Shown: positions 39,238 to 49,478, numbered from the whole stretch's first letter. The stretch: DNA of 62,680 bases, filler included, from 4 parts of 4 records of this genome joined end to end with filler, not necessarily neighbours in it, one strand, 5' to 3'. Numbers and translations are program-made. The notes: generated from the letters alone by a model not told the origin.

Positions 39238-40440
39238 ATGGCCCTGACTTCCGCGGATGTTCGCAACGCCGAACCACTCCAGAAAGACTACAAACTCCAT
39301 GACGACAAAGGGCTCTACCTGTTGGTAGAAACCGATGGTAACCGTACCTGGAAACTCAGCTATCGATTCGACGGGCGCAGCAAAGTCATCACCCTGGGGC
39401 CCTGCCCGGAAGTCACTCTTGCTTTCGCCCGCCAGCTTCGCGATGAAGCCCGGGAACTGATCGCCGACGGCATCGACCCGATCAGCCGTTGTGTAAAGCG
39501 GGAAGTGTTCAGCCCTTCGGTGGAAACCTTTGAAGCGGTGGCACAGGACTGGTTGGAACGAGTCTACCGATTTGAAGTCTCCGAAGAGCAATTCCGGCGC
39601 ACCAAGCGGCAAATGGAAAACTACCTGATTGCCAGCATTGGCAAACGGGTCGTCAGTGAAGTGACTCCCGAAGACCTGAAATCCCTGGCGGCCGCTCTTG
39701 GCGCCGAGGGGCACCTGGACAGGGGCAAGCGTGTTCTGGGCATCGGCAAGCGAATCTACACCCATGCCCGTGATACCGGCGTGGCCGGCTACCAGCAAAC
39801 CGGCGCCCTGCGCCGCCGCCTCACCGGCTCCGGCACTGAACCGGAGTTTTTGCTCAGCACCCGTGAGCAGATTTTCAATCTGGCCAGCGGCGTTCTCGGC
39901 CAGTGGAGCCGCACCACCACTACCGCCGCCCTCAAACTCACTGTGTGGTTGCTGGCCCGCCCCAGCGAGATCGTCAACGCACGCTGGTCCGACATGGACC
40001 TGGACGCCGGCGAGTGGCGCATTCACCGCAAAAGCACTGAGAGCCCGACGGGTAGCAAGGTCCTCACCGTGCCTCTGCCGCGCCAGGCGGTAGAACTGTT
40101 GCGGGAAATCGAGCCCATCACTGGCCGCCAGGAGTACATCTTTCCCGGCACCGGCAATCGCAAAAAACACCTGGCCACCAGCACCCTTTCCGCGGCACTG
40201 AAAAAAGTCACACGGACCACGCCGGTTTCCACCGACAACCTGCGCACCCTGGCCGCCACCGCACTGGGCGAACTGGGCTATCAGGCAGAGCAGATTCAGT
40301 CCCAGCTGCTCAACCAGACCGGCGACGAACCGGCCGACCGGCAAGCCTACCTGGATAAACGCCGGGAGATGCTGCAGGCCTGGGCGGACTATCTGGACAA
40401 TACCGCCATCGGCAAGGTCACCCGCCCGCGCAGACTCTGA
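39238..40440 (+). CDS. P4-type tyrosine integrase homolog with arm-binding domain and degenerate active site
   Basis: N-terminal arm domain (KLHDDKGLYLLV...W...YRF...LG), LLARPSE box I, RREMLQAWADYLD tail; HxxR reads DNLR and no Tyr at the catalytic position. Confidence 0.85.
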   Translation: MALTSADVRNAEPLQKDYKLHDDKGLYLLVETDGNRTWKLSYRFDGRSKVITLGPCPEVTLAFARQLRDEARELIADGIDPISRCVKREVFSPSVETFEAVAQDWLERVYRFEVSEEQFRRTKRQMENYLIASIGKRVVSEVTPEDLKSLAAALGAEGHLDRGKRVLGIGKRIYTHARDTGVAGYQQTGALRRRLTGSGTEPEFLLSTREQIFNLASGVLGQWSRTTTTAALKLTVWLLARPSEIVNARWSDMDLDAGEWRIHRKSTESPTGSKVLTVPLPRQAVELLREIEPITGRQEYIFPGTGNRKKHLATSTLSAALKKVTRTTPVSTDNLRTLAATALGELGYQAEQIQSQLLNQTGDEPADRQAYLDKRREMLQAWADYLDNTAIGKVTRPRRL

Positions 40441-40485
40441 TACCCTGTAGGCAGTCACATTCACTGCCATCTTTCAGGATATTGC

Positions 40486-41940
40486 ATGCCAAGCCCGTTC
40501 GGCTTCCGTTTCGACAACACCTACCGCCGGCTTCCGCAGGCTCTGTTTTCAGAGTGCTCGCCACAGCCGGTCAGCACACCGGCCTTTGCCCTGTTTAACG
40601 ATGCGCTGGCCCGTGAGCTTGGGCTCGATAGCGAGGCTTTGTCGACGCACCCCGAATTTTTCAGTGGCAATGCATTACTGGAGGGCAGCGAGCCCATTGC
40701 CCAGGCGTATGCGGGCCACCAGTTTGGCAACCTGACCATGCTCGGCGATGGCCGCGCCGTACTGCTCGGTGAGCATGTGAGTGACAGCGGGCAACGCCGC
40801 GACATCCAGCTTAAAGGCGCCGGGCGCACCCCTTTTTCCCGGGGTGGCGACGGACGCGCGGCGCTGGGCCCCATGTTGCGCGAATACATAATCAGTGAAG
40901 CGCTACACGCCCTGAATATTCCGTCCACTCGCAGCCTGGCCGTCACCCTCACCGGTGACCGGGTGCACCGGGACACACTGCTTCCCGGCGCCATCCTGGC
41001 CCGGGTGGCAACATCCCATATTCGTGTGGGCACCTTCCAATACGCCGCCGGACAACAGGATCCCGCCCTGCTGGAACAACTGGTGGATTACACCATCGCG
41101 CGTCATTACCCGGAATTGCACGGAGCCGACAACAAGGCACTGGCCCTGTTCGACGCCGTGATGGATCGTCAGATAGATCTGGTGGTCAACTGGATGCGCG
41201 TGGGCTTTATTCACGGCGTACTCAACACCGATAACGTGACCCTGTCCGGCGAGAGTATCGATTTTGGCCCCTGTGCGTTTATGGACAATTTTGACCCGAA
41301 CACGGTGTTCAGCTCCATCGATCGCCAGGGGCGTTATGCCTATGGGAACCAGCCCAGCATCACCCAGTGGAACCTGGGCCGCTTTGCGGAAACCCTGCTC
41401 GGCTTGATCGACGAGGACACGGACACCGCCATCGAAAAAGCCACCGCCTCGCTGAAGTCATTCAGTCAGCGTTACGAAGAAAAATGGCGCGCCATGATGA
41501 ACAAGAAACTGGGATTGTTCGCAAGCGAAGCCGGGGACGACAAGCTGGTTGCCGATTTGCTCACCTGGATGCAGGCACAGAACGCGGACTACACCAATAC
41601 GTTCCGCGACCTGATCAACGACGGCCTGCCTGACGGGGAGCAATACCAGAATGAAACCTTCCAGCAGTGGCACCAACAGTGGCGGGCGAGACTGGCCCGC
41701 AACAGCAAACCCCTGGCGTCATCACTGTGCCTGATGCGTAATCACAACCCGGCGGTAATACCGCGCAATCATCTGGTGGAACAGGCATTGAATGCCGCCA
41801 GCGACGATAACGATCTGGCGCCAACCCGTGCCTTGTTAGAGGCGCTCGCCGAGCCTTATGCGGACCGGGACAGTGACGATCCTTATCGGCAACCAGCGGC
41901 ACCCGGCGAGCAAGTTTTTCAGACCTTTTGCGGCACCTGA
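40486..41940 (+). CDS. selO: protein adenylyltransferase SelO/YdiU
   Basis: AQAYAGHQFG, LGDGRA, QLKGAG.TPFSRGGDGRA, HGVLNTDN, IDFGP, C-terminal TFCGT. Confidence 0.95.
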   Translation: MPSPFGFRFDNTYRRLPQALFSECSPQPVSTPAFALFNDALARELGLDSEALSTHPEFFSGNALLEGSEPIAQAYAGHQFGNLTMLGDGRAVLLGEHVSDSGQRRDIQLKGAGRTPFSRGGDGRAALGPMLREYIISEALHALNIPSTRSLAVTLTGDRVHRDTLLPGAILARVATSHIRVGTFQYAAGQQDPALLEQLVDYTIARHYPELHGADNKALALFDAVMDRQIDLVVNWMRVGFIHGVLNTDNVTLSGESIDFGPCAFMDNFDPNTVFSSIDRQGRYAYGNQPSITQWNLGRFAETLLGLIDEDTDTAIEKATASLKSFSQRYEEKWRAMMNKKLGLFASEAGDDKLVADLLTWMQAQNADYTNTFRDLINDGLPDGEQYQNETFQQWHQQWRARLARNSKPLASSLCLMRNHNPAVIPRNHLVEQALNAASDDNDLAPTRALLEALAEPYADRDSDDPYRQPAAPGEQVFQTFCGT

Positions 41941-41962
41941 AAGAGACCGCGTTTTGGCATTC

Positions 41963-42036
41963 TGTCGGATTACGGCTGCGCCTAATTCGACCGATCTGAA
42001 GCTCAATGTCGGGTTACGCCGCTACGCGGCTAACAC
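41963..42036. repeat. two tandem REP-like palindromes at contig end
   Basis: TGTCGGATTACGGCTGCGCCTAATTCGACC and TGTCGGGTTACGCCGCTACGCGGCTAACAC (cut by gap). Confidence 0.7.
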
Positions 42037-42136
42037 NNNNNNNNNNNNNNNNNNNNNNNNNNNNNNNNNNNNNNNNNNNNTTAATTAATTAANNNNNNNN
42101 NNNNNNNNNNNNNNNNNNNNNNNNNNNNNNNNNNNN
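42037..42136. other. artificial contig spacer
   Basis: 44 N + TTAATTAATTAA + 44 N. Confidence 0.99.
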
Positions 42137-42997
42137 AAAAGGATACATGGCATAACGCTGATAATAGGGCCCCTCAGTGTAATACCCGTCTGGTGAAAAT
42201 GCTTCATTAATATTAGCTAAGAAGCCCGCATCTTGATTAGGTCCTTTTATAAGCCCACCATCATCATCTACCGCATTCTCACTGATAGTATCCTCAGGTA
42301 AACCATATAAGGCATAATTAATTAGTTGACTGTCACGCATTGCAAGTCCTATCATTCCAACCGCAGCATTACCCCAAGTGCTATGATTGTGTATACGATT
42401 AAAAAATTGAGGATTTTCTTCCGAAAGAAACAATGCAAATGGTTTGAACAAATTACTTTCTAATGTTTCCCGTTCCTGAGGAGACAACCAGTCATAAACA
42501 GAGTCATAGGCCTGGCTCATATGTACCAACCAATTTGCATCATTTAGGCACTGCCAAAATAATTTACCTCGTGAATAAGAGCGTGTTTCAGGGTGTAATT
42601 GTAACTTAGGGTAAATATGTGCATATTCCATTAAAACGGCTTTAATATAATCTGCATACTTCTCCTCTCTGCTAATCTGAAACAGCATACCTGCCTTTTG
42701 TAATATGATGTAATTCTGTTTGTGCTGCATATGGGTATAGCCCCCCGCCATGTCTTTGGGAATAGGCACAGCTATATCTTTTGAAATAAAATTATCTACC
42801 TCTTTTTTTGTTTGCTCATAAGTTGCATCTAACAATGGAAGACTACCTAAATTACGCTGTATCAGAGACAAGCCCTTTTTAGTCATTAACAAACCTTGAT
42901 GCCCTTTATCTTTAAAATTAAAGGTTTTATCACGTGTTTGACTATAAGTCACATTAATGGCAAAAAACACTAAAAAGCAAAAAAATATTTTATTCAT
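42137..42997 (-). CDS. oligoalginate lyase, PL17-like (truncated by contig end)
   Basis: GGYTH, GKLFWQCLNDANWLV, IHNHSTW, FSPDGYYTEGPYYQRYA. Confidence 0.88.
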
Positions 42998-43006
42998 AGT
43001 CCAAAA

Positions 43007-45253
43007 TTATGGGATCAAATCAATAGTAATAGATGCACCTACATCTAATGGTTCGACGTGAGAAATTTGCTCGCTATTGATATATTTTACAGATAGACGC
43101 AAGGGCTTATCACTTAGAGTTTGTAGCTCTAATTTGTCATTCATTTCTTCAATATAAATGTCTGCCGCTTCGGAAAAACTCAACTGCACATTCCTTACGG
43201 TTATGTTTATGACATTTATAAAATAATGCATATCCTCTTTGCTCAGGTATAAGCCTTTCTCTTCTGCTGTCTGATTATCTATAAAAGTAAAATCCCAATT
43301 TTTAATCTTAGGATTGGCGTTGGTCTCATCAATTCGATCTTCATACGATTTAAAAGGCACAAGTGCTGTCACAAAGCTATAATTCTCCCTCGCGTGCACT
43401 TTAGGTATACTCCACTCTTTACCTCTTTTTCCTGTTGTAGTTATTGTGTCTATAGGATAAAACTGATAGATATCGAGACCACTACCATTTCTAAACGAGC
43501 TTCTTAATAATTGTGGCGCTTCTTCTAAGGTATAATGACCTTGCCAAATTTGCTGATAATCGTGAGTTTCACTTGATCTAAAGTTATCCTTCACAATCCA
43601 AAACTTTTGATCAATAAAGAATACTTGACGCGAGTATTTGATTTCCTGTTCCTCAAAACCAGAGTGTTCTCCTATATAAACATCAAGAGAGTCTGAGGTA
43701 GAAAAAACAAGTGTTTTAGGTTGCGGTAAACTGCCAAATTTACCAAAACCACTACCCCCTTTGTTAGACCGGTATTGCTTACCTTGTAGTAAGTGGTCAG
43801 GTAGTGCTACATTTTTAACGTAAGAGTTTTTAAACAATTCTAAATCGTTGAGAGAATAACGCACCTGATAATTTGGCAACAAAATCTGTTCATTACCATA
43901 CATCTGTAAACCTAACATATCTCCATGCTGATGATCTGGCTTGTCAGGATCGAGACCGGCAGAGATCACTAGCATCAAATCATCCTTATCCCAACCTTCC
44001 CTCATTATATAGTAGCCAGTTTCTGGTAAACTCAATGACTTATATTTAGGTTTGGTTTTCTTTATAGAATTTAGTTGATCTAATTGCTCATTTTTTAAAA
44101 ACCAATAAAGCTTTGATGCAACTATATCCTTGGCAAAATAGCCCATATGAGGATCATCAAAAAGTAAATAACCTAAAGTGAGCGTTTCTGATATAGCATT
44201 ACTTTCTCCCCAAGGTGTATCTGTATCATCAGAAAATACGGGAGCAGATTTATCTGGATATGCTATTTTAACTAGCGTTGAAAAAAGGGTATTCAATTTG
44301 TTTTTAAAGCTGCTACTTACTTGCACTCCATTAATTTTTGCAAGTTGATATACGTAAAAATAATTTTCAATATCGCTAATATGATAATGTACAGAGCGTT
44401 CAAACTGAAAGCCATCTTTGTTAACCTCTTGATCTAAATGCTCTTCTAATGAGTGCATAGCTCTATCCTTCCATAACTTGGCATCTTTAAAATCATCAAA
44501 TAGTATTGCTAACAGTGCTAAAGCAGACATTCCTCTGGTTTGATGATTACCAGGATTAAAATGTTGATTTGTAACATATAGGTTTGATGCGTGCTGTACT
44601 AGCGTAGCAATAGTTGCTAGTTGATCTTCATCTGTATATGTTTCGGCACCAAGAAACAGATTGTGAACCTGTAGCCAATTGAGTATTCTATAACCTGACC
44701 TGAACGCTTCGTAAACTCCATTTCCACTTTCTAAGGTCTCAAATTGATTGGCTGCTAATGCTAAATTTAATGAGGCGAGTTGCTCTTTAAAATAGGCTAC
44801 TTTATTTGGGTCTTTATCGGTATAATAATCTAATGCGATGTCAACCATCTTATGTTGACGAGCTAAATGCCTTAACGCATATGCATCTACCGGCTTTTCA
44901 TCCTTATAGTTAAATGGCAATTGCCACATAGTATGCGCATAAAATTTACCTTGATGATCTAAAGCTCTTAAATGATGTTCTTCGTTTTTCTCGTAAAGCG
45001 CACTATAAGTTGCAAAGCGCTTTTCATTAAACTCCCAATTGTAAAAATAACTGTTAGAAAACTTTACGCGGAAATACTCTGCCAATCTTGACACAGATAC
45101 GTTTCCATCATTATCAGCAAGTTTGTTAATTACAGATGGCTTTAAATAGTGCACAAGCTCTGGTAACTTAAGCACACGATCTGGTGGAAGTTCTTGACCT
45201 AATAGATTTGGTAAAAAAGAGATCAATACTAGTATAAATAGCAAGCTGCGCAT
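43007..45253 (-). CDS. heparinase II/III-like polysaccharide lyase
   Basis: Signal peptide; GNHQTRG, DGFQFERSVHYH, GYYIMREGW, DHQHGDML. Confidence 0.85.
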   Translation of the reverse strand: MRSLLFILVLISFLPNLLGQELPPDRVLKLPELVHYLKPSVINKLADNDGNVSVSRLAEYFRVKFSNSYFYNWEFNEKRFATYSALYEKNEEHHLRALDHQGKFYAHTMWQLPFNYKDEKPVDAYALRHLARQHKMVDIALDYYTDKDPNKVAYFKEQLASLNLALAANQFETLESGNGVYEAFRSGYRILNWLQVHNLFLGAETYTDEDQLATIATLVQHASNLYVTNQHFNPGNHQTRGMSALALLAILFDDFKDAKLWKDRAMHSLEEHLDQEVNKDGFQFERSVHYHISDIENYFYVYQLAKINGVQVSSSFKNKLNTLFSTLVKIAYPDKSAPVFSDDTDTPWGESNAISETLTLGYLLFDDPHMGYFAKDIVASKLYWFLKNEQLDQLNSIKKTKPKYKSLSLPETGYYIMREGWDKDDLMLVISAGLDPDKPDHQHGDMLGLQMYGNEQILLPNYQVRYSLNDLELFKNSYVKNVALPDHLLQGKQYRSNKGGSGFGKFGSLPQPKTLVFSTSDSLDVYIGEHSGFEEQEIKYSRQVFFIDQKFWIVKDNFRSSETHDYQQIWQGHYTLEEAPQLLRSSFRNGSGLDIYQFYPIDTITTTGKRGKEWSIPKVHARENYSFVTALVPFKSYEDRIDETNANPKIKNWDFTFIDNQTAEEKGLYLSKEDMHYFINVINITVRNVQLSFSEAADIYIEEMNDKLELQTLSDKPLRLSVKYINSEQISHVEPLDVGASITIDLIP

Positions 45254-45259
45254 ATATTC

Positions 45260-47569
45260 TTAGTACATTAATTTTTGTTCCAAATTTTGAATTACTTGGA
45301 ATTCTCCTGAATTTACAACAGTATTGGCCACCGGCTTTTGCCCCTTCTCTCCCCACAGTATGGCTATAAACGCTACATCATTATTCTCAAAAGTATTTTG
45401 CTCGATTCTCAGATGAACAATACCTCTATTTTTAAAAAGTAATTTTTCTGAATCTGAAAACGCTGAATCTTTAAAGGTAGAGCCTGTAATAATAAGATTC
45501 CCCCCAATAGTTGACTCATCATACCCTCCTCTGTAATAATCGATTACAGATTCTTCTATTTGTTCAAATTTAGAATCTTCAATAATTACATATTCCGCAT
45601 TATACTCTCCTGTATCATCCGTTTCATTTGCCAATTGAATACCTTTTTTAAAATTCTTAAAAGATGACTTACTAATCTTTATCGTATCTGCAAAAGAAGA
45701 TTTAGAACTATTTAAAATAGATTTAAAATTCGCTAGCTTAGAATTAGTAATAATTACATTGTAAGCACTAGACATATTTGCTTCTAAAGTTTGTAGTGCG
45801 TCTTGGGTAGCTGTACCATTCACGATTAAACCATCTAACGTTAAAGTGCCCTGAGGGTACATTCTAAACGCAGGTTGCCCTTCTGAATCAAAATTTAGGA
45901 CTACCTTCTTATTTGGGCTTTTAGCCTTAAGGGTTATAGGTCTATCTATTATCAAAGATTCATTTAAAGTGTAAGTGCCTTCTTCTAAATCAATGTGTAC
46001 TCCAGAATCCACACTTCTCAATGCATGTACTAGTTCATTTGAATTAGAAACCGTAATAGATTTCAAAACATTGTTTCTTAAAGGAGGGGCATACCAAGCT
46101 GGACCATAAACTGAAAAATCGACTAAAGGTTTTTCTACTTTAGCTGAAGTTATAATAGCCCCTGCATTATTGTGATGCTCTCTTAAATTGCCAAACAAAT
46201 CACTTGTAATTTGCTCAAAATCAAAACCATTATATAATGTATGTAATCTTTCTGTAGGCATAAAAAGCAAAGGAGCTTTTTCCTCAATCGTTATCGAAGT
46301 AGTTTCAATACCAGGTCTGGGAGTTATGTCATTTGCATTACCACCAAAATAGTTATTCTTAAATCTCACACCATCGATAGAATCGTATAGTTTTAAAATG
46401 GGATAAGACTGCTCGCTATAAATAAAATTATTGGCCAGCACCATGCGTTCTGCACGTGCAGACCTAATTTCAGAAGGTGGTAAAACCTCACTTTGATCTA
46501 CGTTTGACCCAACCCCAAAACTCCAAGGAATGGCACAATCTACCCAAGTATTATAAGCTACTACTACATCGGTAACCTGATTATAACGATTGAGAGGTGA
46601 TTTTGGAATACCATTCATTACGGCAAGTGGAGCTCTAAATTCTTCCCCTTTTAGTTTATAGAAGTAATTATTAGTTATCCAATGCCCCGTATTGATTACA
46701 CGTATACCCCCAATATTAGAAGAATTATCATTACCTATAAAAACATTCGCATCAATAGTGGCATAGTTGCCATGGCGTAAGACAAGCGAACCTTCAGATT
46801 CATAAAAAACATTGTTTCTAAAAATGTTGAAATTAGATTTGCTTGATATAATTTCTACTTCACCATTACATCGGTCAAAGATATTATTAGACACATTGGT
46901 ATAAGATGGGGTCATAGAGGTGTAACTATCTCCTATTTGCAAAGTTTCACCGTGAGGCCCGCCCTTTCTGGGTCGTGGACCAAAATAATTATACACGATC
47001 TGATGGTTGTTCTTGATATGCTCATTACCCTTTAAAAAAACTCTTATGGTAGGTCCGGTATTTGACTTTCCTGATATATAGCAATGACGTAAACTATTAT
47101 TACGCCCCCAAAACTCAACCCAATGGTCTTTAGCATCTCTATCAATTTGTGTGTAATTTTCTATCACACAGTTAGTGACCGTTACATTATTTGCAATCAA
47201 ACTATCAGAAGCTTTAAATTGGATTACGCTAGTAGAAGGTGTATATCCCTCTTTAAAATACAGGCCATCTACAACGAGATAATTACCACCAAGAGTAAGG
47301 TTTGATTTTCCGCTTATAATAACTTCTCCTGCTTTCTCCGCTTTTAAAACAATAGGCAAATTAGCAGTACCCTCTCCTGTAAATTGAATTTGTATATCAC
47401 GCCAATATCCGTTTTTCATTATAATAGTTGTTCCCGGATTGGCAGCACTTATCGCCTCCTTAAGTTCTTGCTCAGTCTTCACAAACACGCTTTCCTGAAA
47501 AGAAGTGTTCGCTTCTGCTTTCAAAAAGCAAAGAATAAACAGAATAATAAAATAAAAATATTTACACAT
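45260..47569 (-). CDS. PL6 alginate lyase (chondroitinase B-like beta-helix, two domains)
   Basis: PGTTIIMKNG.W, GETLQIGDS, CNGEVEIISSKS, LVLRHGN; start moved to ATG 47569 (signal peptide). Confidence 0.9.
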   Translation of the reverse strand: MCKYFYFIILFILCFLKAEANTSFQESVFVKTEQELKEAISAANPGTTIIMKNGYWRDIQIQFTGEGTANLPIVLKAEKAGEVIISGKSNLTLGGNYLVVDGLYFKEGYTPSTSVIQFKASDSLIANNVTVTNCVIENYTQIDRDAKDHWVEFWGRNNSLRHCYISGKSNTGPTIRVFLKGNEHIKNNHQIVYNYFGPRPRKGGPHGETLQIGDSYTSMTPSYTNVSNNIFDRCNGEVEIISSKSNFNIFRNNVFYESEGSLVLRHGNYATIDANVFIGNDNSSNIGGIRVINTGHWITNNYFYKLKGEEFRAPLAVMNGIPKSPLNRYNQVTDVVVAYNTWVDCAIPWSFGVGSNVDQSEVLPPSEIRSARAERMVLANNFIYSEQSYPILKLYDSIDGVRFKNNYFGGNANDITPRPGIETTSITIEEKAPLLFMPTERLHTLYNGFDFEQITSDLFGNLREHHNNAGAIITSAKVEKPLVDFSVYGPAWYAPPLRNNVLKSITVSNSNELVHALRSVDSGVHIDLEEGTYTLNESLIIDRPITLKAKSPNKKVVLNFDSEGQPAFRMYPQGTLTLDGLIVNGTATQDALQTLEANMSSAYNVIITNSKLANFKSILNSSKSSFADTIKISKSSFKNFKKGIQLANETDDTGEYNAEYVIIEDSKFEQIEESVIDYYRGGYDESTIGGNLIITGSTFKDSAFSDSEKLLFKNRGIVHLRIEQNTFENNDVAFIAILWGEKGQKPVANTVVNSGEFQVIQNLEQKLMY

Positions 47570-47575
47570 TACATC

Positions 47576-47627
47576 TGGTTTACCAAATTGGTTTACCAAA
47601 TATATGTATATTTACGCATATCACAAA
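47576..47627 (-). promoter_or_regulatory. alginate-locus promoter with tandem GntR/FadR-type operators
   Basis: TGGTTTACCAAAT twice (47576-47601); -7 TATATTTG (47597-47604) and -33 TTTG (47624-47627) with a 19-bp spacer on the minus strand. Confidence 0.75.
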
Positions 47628-47670
47628 ATATTGCTAAGCAAACTCAGAATTCTTTTTTTATTTCCTTACT

Positions 47671-48399
47671 ATGAGTACTATTTCAAATAATTTTAAAAAA
47701 ACATTTGAAAGTATCAGTACGGCTACGCTAGCTACTGCGCTTTTTAAACGTGGTTTTAGAAATCAGTGTATTCAAGGTATATCACCACTGCACAGTTCTA
47801 ATAAAAAACTAATTGGTCAAGCATATACCCTGCGTTACATTCCCGCACGTGAAGATTTAAATAATATCCAAGTTTTTAAGAATGAAAACCACCCTCAGCG
47901 TGTGGCGATAGAATCCTGTCCTAAAAATGCCGTATTAGTAATCGATAGTCGAAAAGATGCACGTGCGGCTTCGGCAGGTTCTATTCTAGTTACACGCTTG
48001 TTTAAGCGTGGTTGCGCAGGCATTGTAACTGACGGTGGTTTTAGAGATAGTGCAGAAATTGCTTTGCTCGATTTCCCTTCCTATCATAAAAGACCATCAG
48101 CTCCTACCAATCTGACTTTACATCAAGCGATTGGCATCAACGAACCTATAAGCTGTGGAGATGTAGCTGTTTTTCCCGGAGATTTATTAGTAGGTGATGC
48201 AGATGGTGTAATAGTCATCCCATACCATCTTATAGAGGAGCTGGGTGCTGAATGCCAAGTTATGACTCGTTTTGAAGATTTTGTAATGGAAGAGGTTCAA
48301 AAAGGTTCTAGTATACGCGGTCTGTATCCTCTAACAGACCCTACTATAGCACAACGCTTTAAGAACTGGGAAAAATCTAATACATTAAAAGATGAATAG
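47671..48399 (+). CDS. RraA-like / HMG-CHA aldolase family protein
   Basis: [45 protein letters not shown]. Confidence 0.88.
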   Translation: MSTISNNFKKTFESISTATLATALFKRGFRNQCIQGISPLHSSNKKLIGQAYTLRYIPAREDLNNIQVFKNENHPQRVAIESCPKNAVLVIDSRKDARAASAGSILVTRLFKRGCAGIVTDGGFRDSAEIALLDFPSYHKRPSAPTNLTLHQAIGINEPISCGDVAVFPGDLLVGDADGVIVIPYHLIEELGAECQVMTRFEDFVMEEVQKGSSIRGLYPLTDPTIAQRFKNWEKSNTLKDE

Positions 48400-49390
48400 A
48401 CATGTTACCCTCGGAGAATTTATCATTGAAAATCAAAAAGACTTTCCATATGCAAAAGGAGAATTGAGTGCTTTACTCAGTTCTATACGCCTTGCAGGAA
48501 AAATGGTAAATCAAGCTATAAGTAAAGCTGGTCTCTCTGAAATCTTAGGAAAAATAGGGAATCAAAACATCCAAGGAGAAGAGCAGGCCAAATTAGATGT
48601 TATGGCTAATGATGTCTTTATAAGTACACTAAAAAATCGTGGGGAGATTTGTGGTATTGCGTCTGAAGAGCTAGATGATTTTCTAATTTTTGATGAACCC
48701 ATGCATCAAAATGCAAAATATGTCATACTTATAGATCCGCTTGACGGATCTTCAAATATTGATGTAGACATTACAATAGGAACAATTTTTAGTATATATA
48801 GACGCATTTCACCGGTAGGAACGCCTGTTACTTTAGAGGACTTTCTACAACCGGGAAATGCACAGGTAGCTGCAGGTTATCTTATTTATGGTACCTCAAC
48901 GATGTTAGTATATACTTCAGGAAATGGCGTAAATGGTTTCACCTTTGATCCGGGTATAGGCTCCTTTTTCTTGTCACATCCTTCCATTCAAATTCCGGAG
49001 GTTGGCAAAATATACTCTGTAAATGAAGGTAATTATATACACTTTCCAACAGGTGTAAAAAAATTTATTCGTTGGATGCAAGAAGAAGATCAAGCCCTTA
49101 GTCGTCCTTTTTCCTCGCGATACACAGGTTCACTGGTGGCAGATTTTCACCGTAATATGCTTTTAGGTGGTATCTATTTCTATCCGGAAGGCACGACTGC
49201 TCCTACAGGTAAATTACGTTTGTTATATGAATGTAACCCTATAGCTTTTATCACTGAACAAGCCGGTGGCCTATGTACCAATGGATCTAAAAGAATAATG
49301 GATATAATACCTAAAGAATTACACCAGCGTGTTCCGTTTTACTGTGGTAGTAAAAACTTGATGGACAAAGCCCACGAATTCTTAAATTGA
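48392..49390 (+). CDS. fbp: class I fructose-1,6-bisphosphatase
   Basis: [46 protein letters not shown]. Confidence 0.96.
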   Translation: MNRHVTLGEFIIENQKDFPYAKGELSALLSSIRLAGKMVNQAISKAGLSEILGKIGNQNIQGEEQAKLDVMANDVFISTLKNRGEICGIASEELDDFLIFDEPMHQNAKYVILIDPLDGSSNIDVDITIGTIFSIYRRISPVGTPVTLEDFLQPGNAQVAAGYLIYGTSTMLVYTSGNGVNGFTFDPGIGSFFLSHPSIQIPEVGKIYSVNEGNYIHFPTGVKKFIRWMQEEDQALSRPFSSRYTGSLVADFHRNMLLGGIYFYPEGTTAPTGKLRLLYECNPIAFITEQAGGLCTNGSKRIMDIIPKELHQRVPFYCGSKNLMDKAHEFLN

Positions 49391-49423
49391 AAAATCCCTG
49401 ATTTTTCAATCAAGGATTTTCAA
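49387..49423. terminator. probable bidirectional terminator
   Basis: TTGAAAAATCCCTGATT...AATCAAGGATTTTCAA imperfect hairpin between convergent genes. Confidence 0.6.
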
Positions 49424-49478
49424 AGTAAATACCACAATGGTATTATACTATTTGGCTGTGCTTTTATGATCTGTATTA

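Noticed and set aside
39175-40470. 431-aa antisense ORF over the integrase homolog (and similar shadow ORFs over tetR, DJ-1, the pentapeptide gene and argJ)
   Set aside because: Typical stop-poor antisense frames in GC-rich coding DNA, with no recognisable motifs.
39046-40485. Prophage or genomic island at the integrase
   Set aside because: No tRNA, att direct repeat, phage or cargo genes seen; flanks look like resident genes.
41926-41945. Selenocysteine read-through at the selO TGA
   Set aside because: The protein already ends in the Cys-type TFCGT motif, so TGA is the normal stop; the downstream hairpins look like REPs.
47576-47601. CRISPR-like direct repeats (also 32487/33190 and 53342-53378)
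   Set aside because: Only 2-3 short units, no spacers of CRISPR length and no cas genes; better explained as operators or simple repeats.
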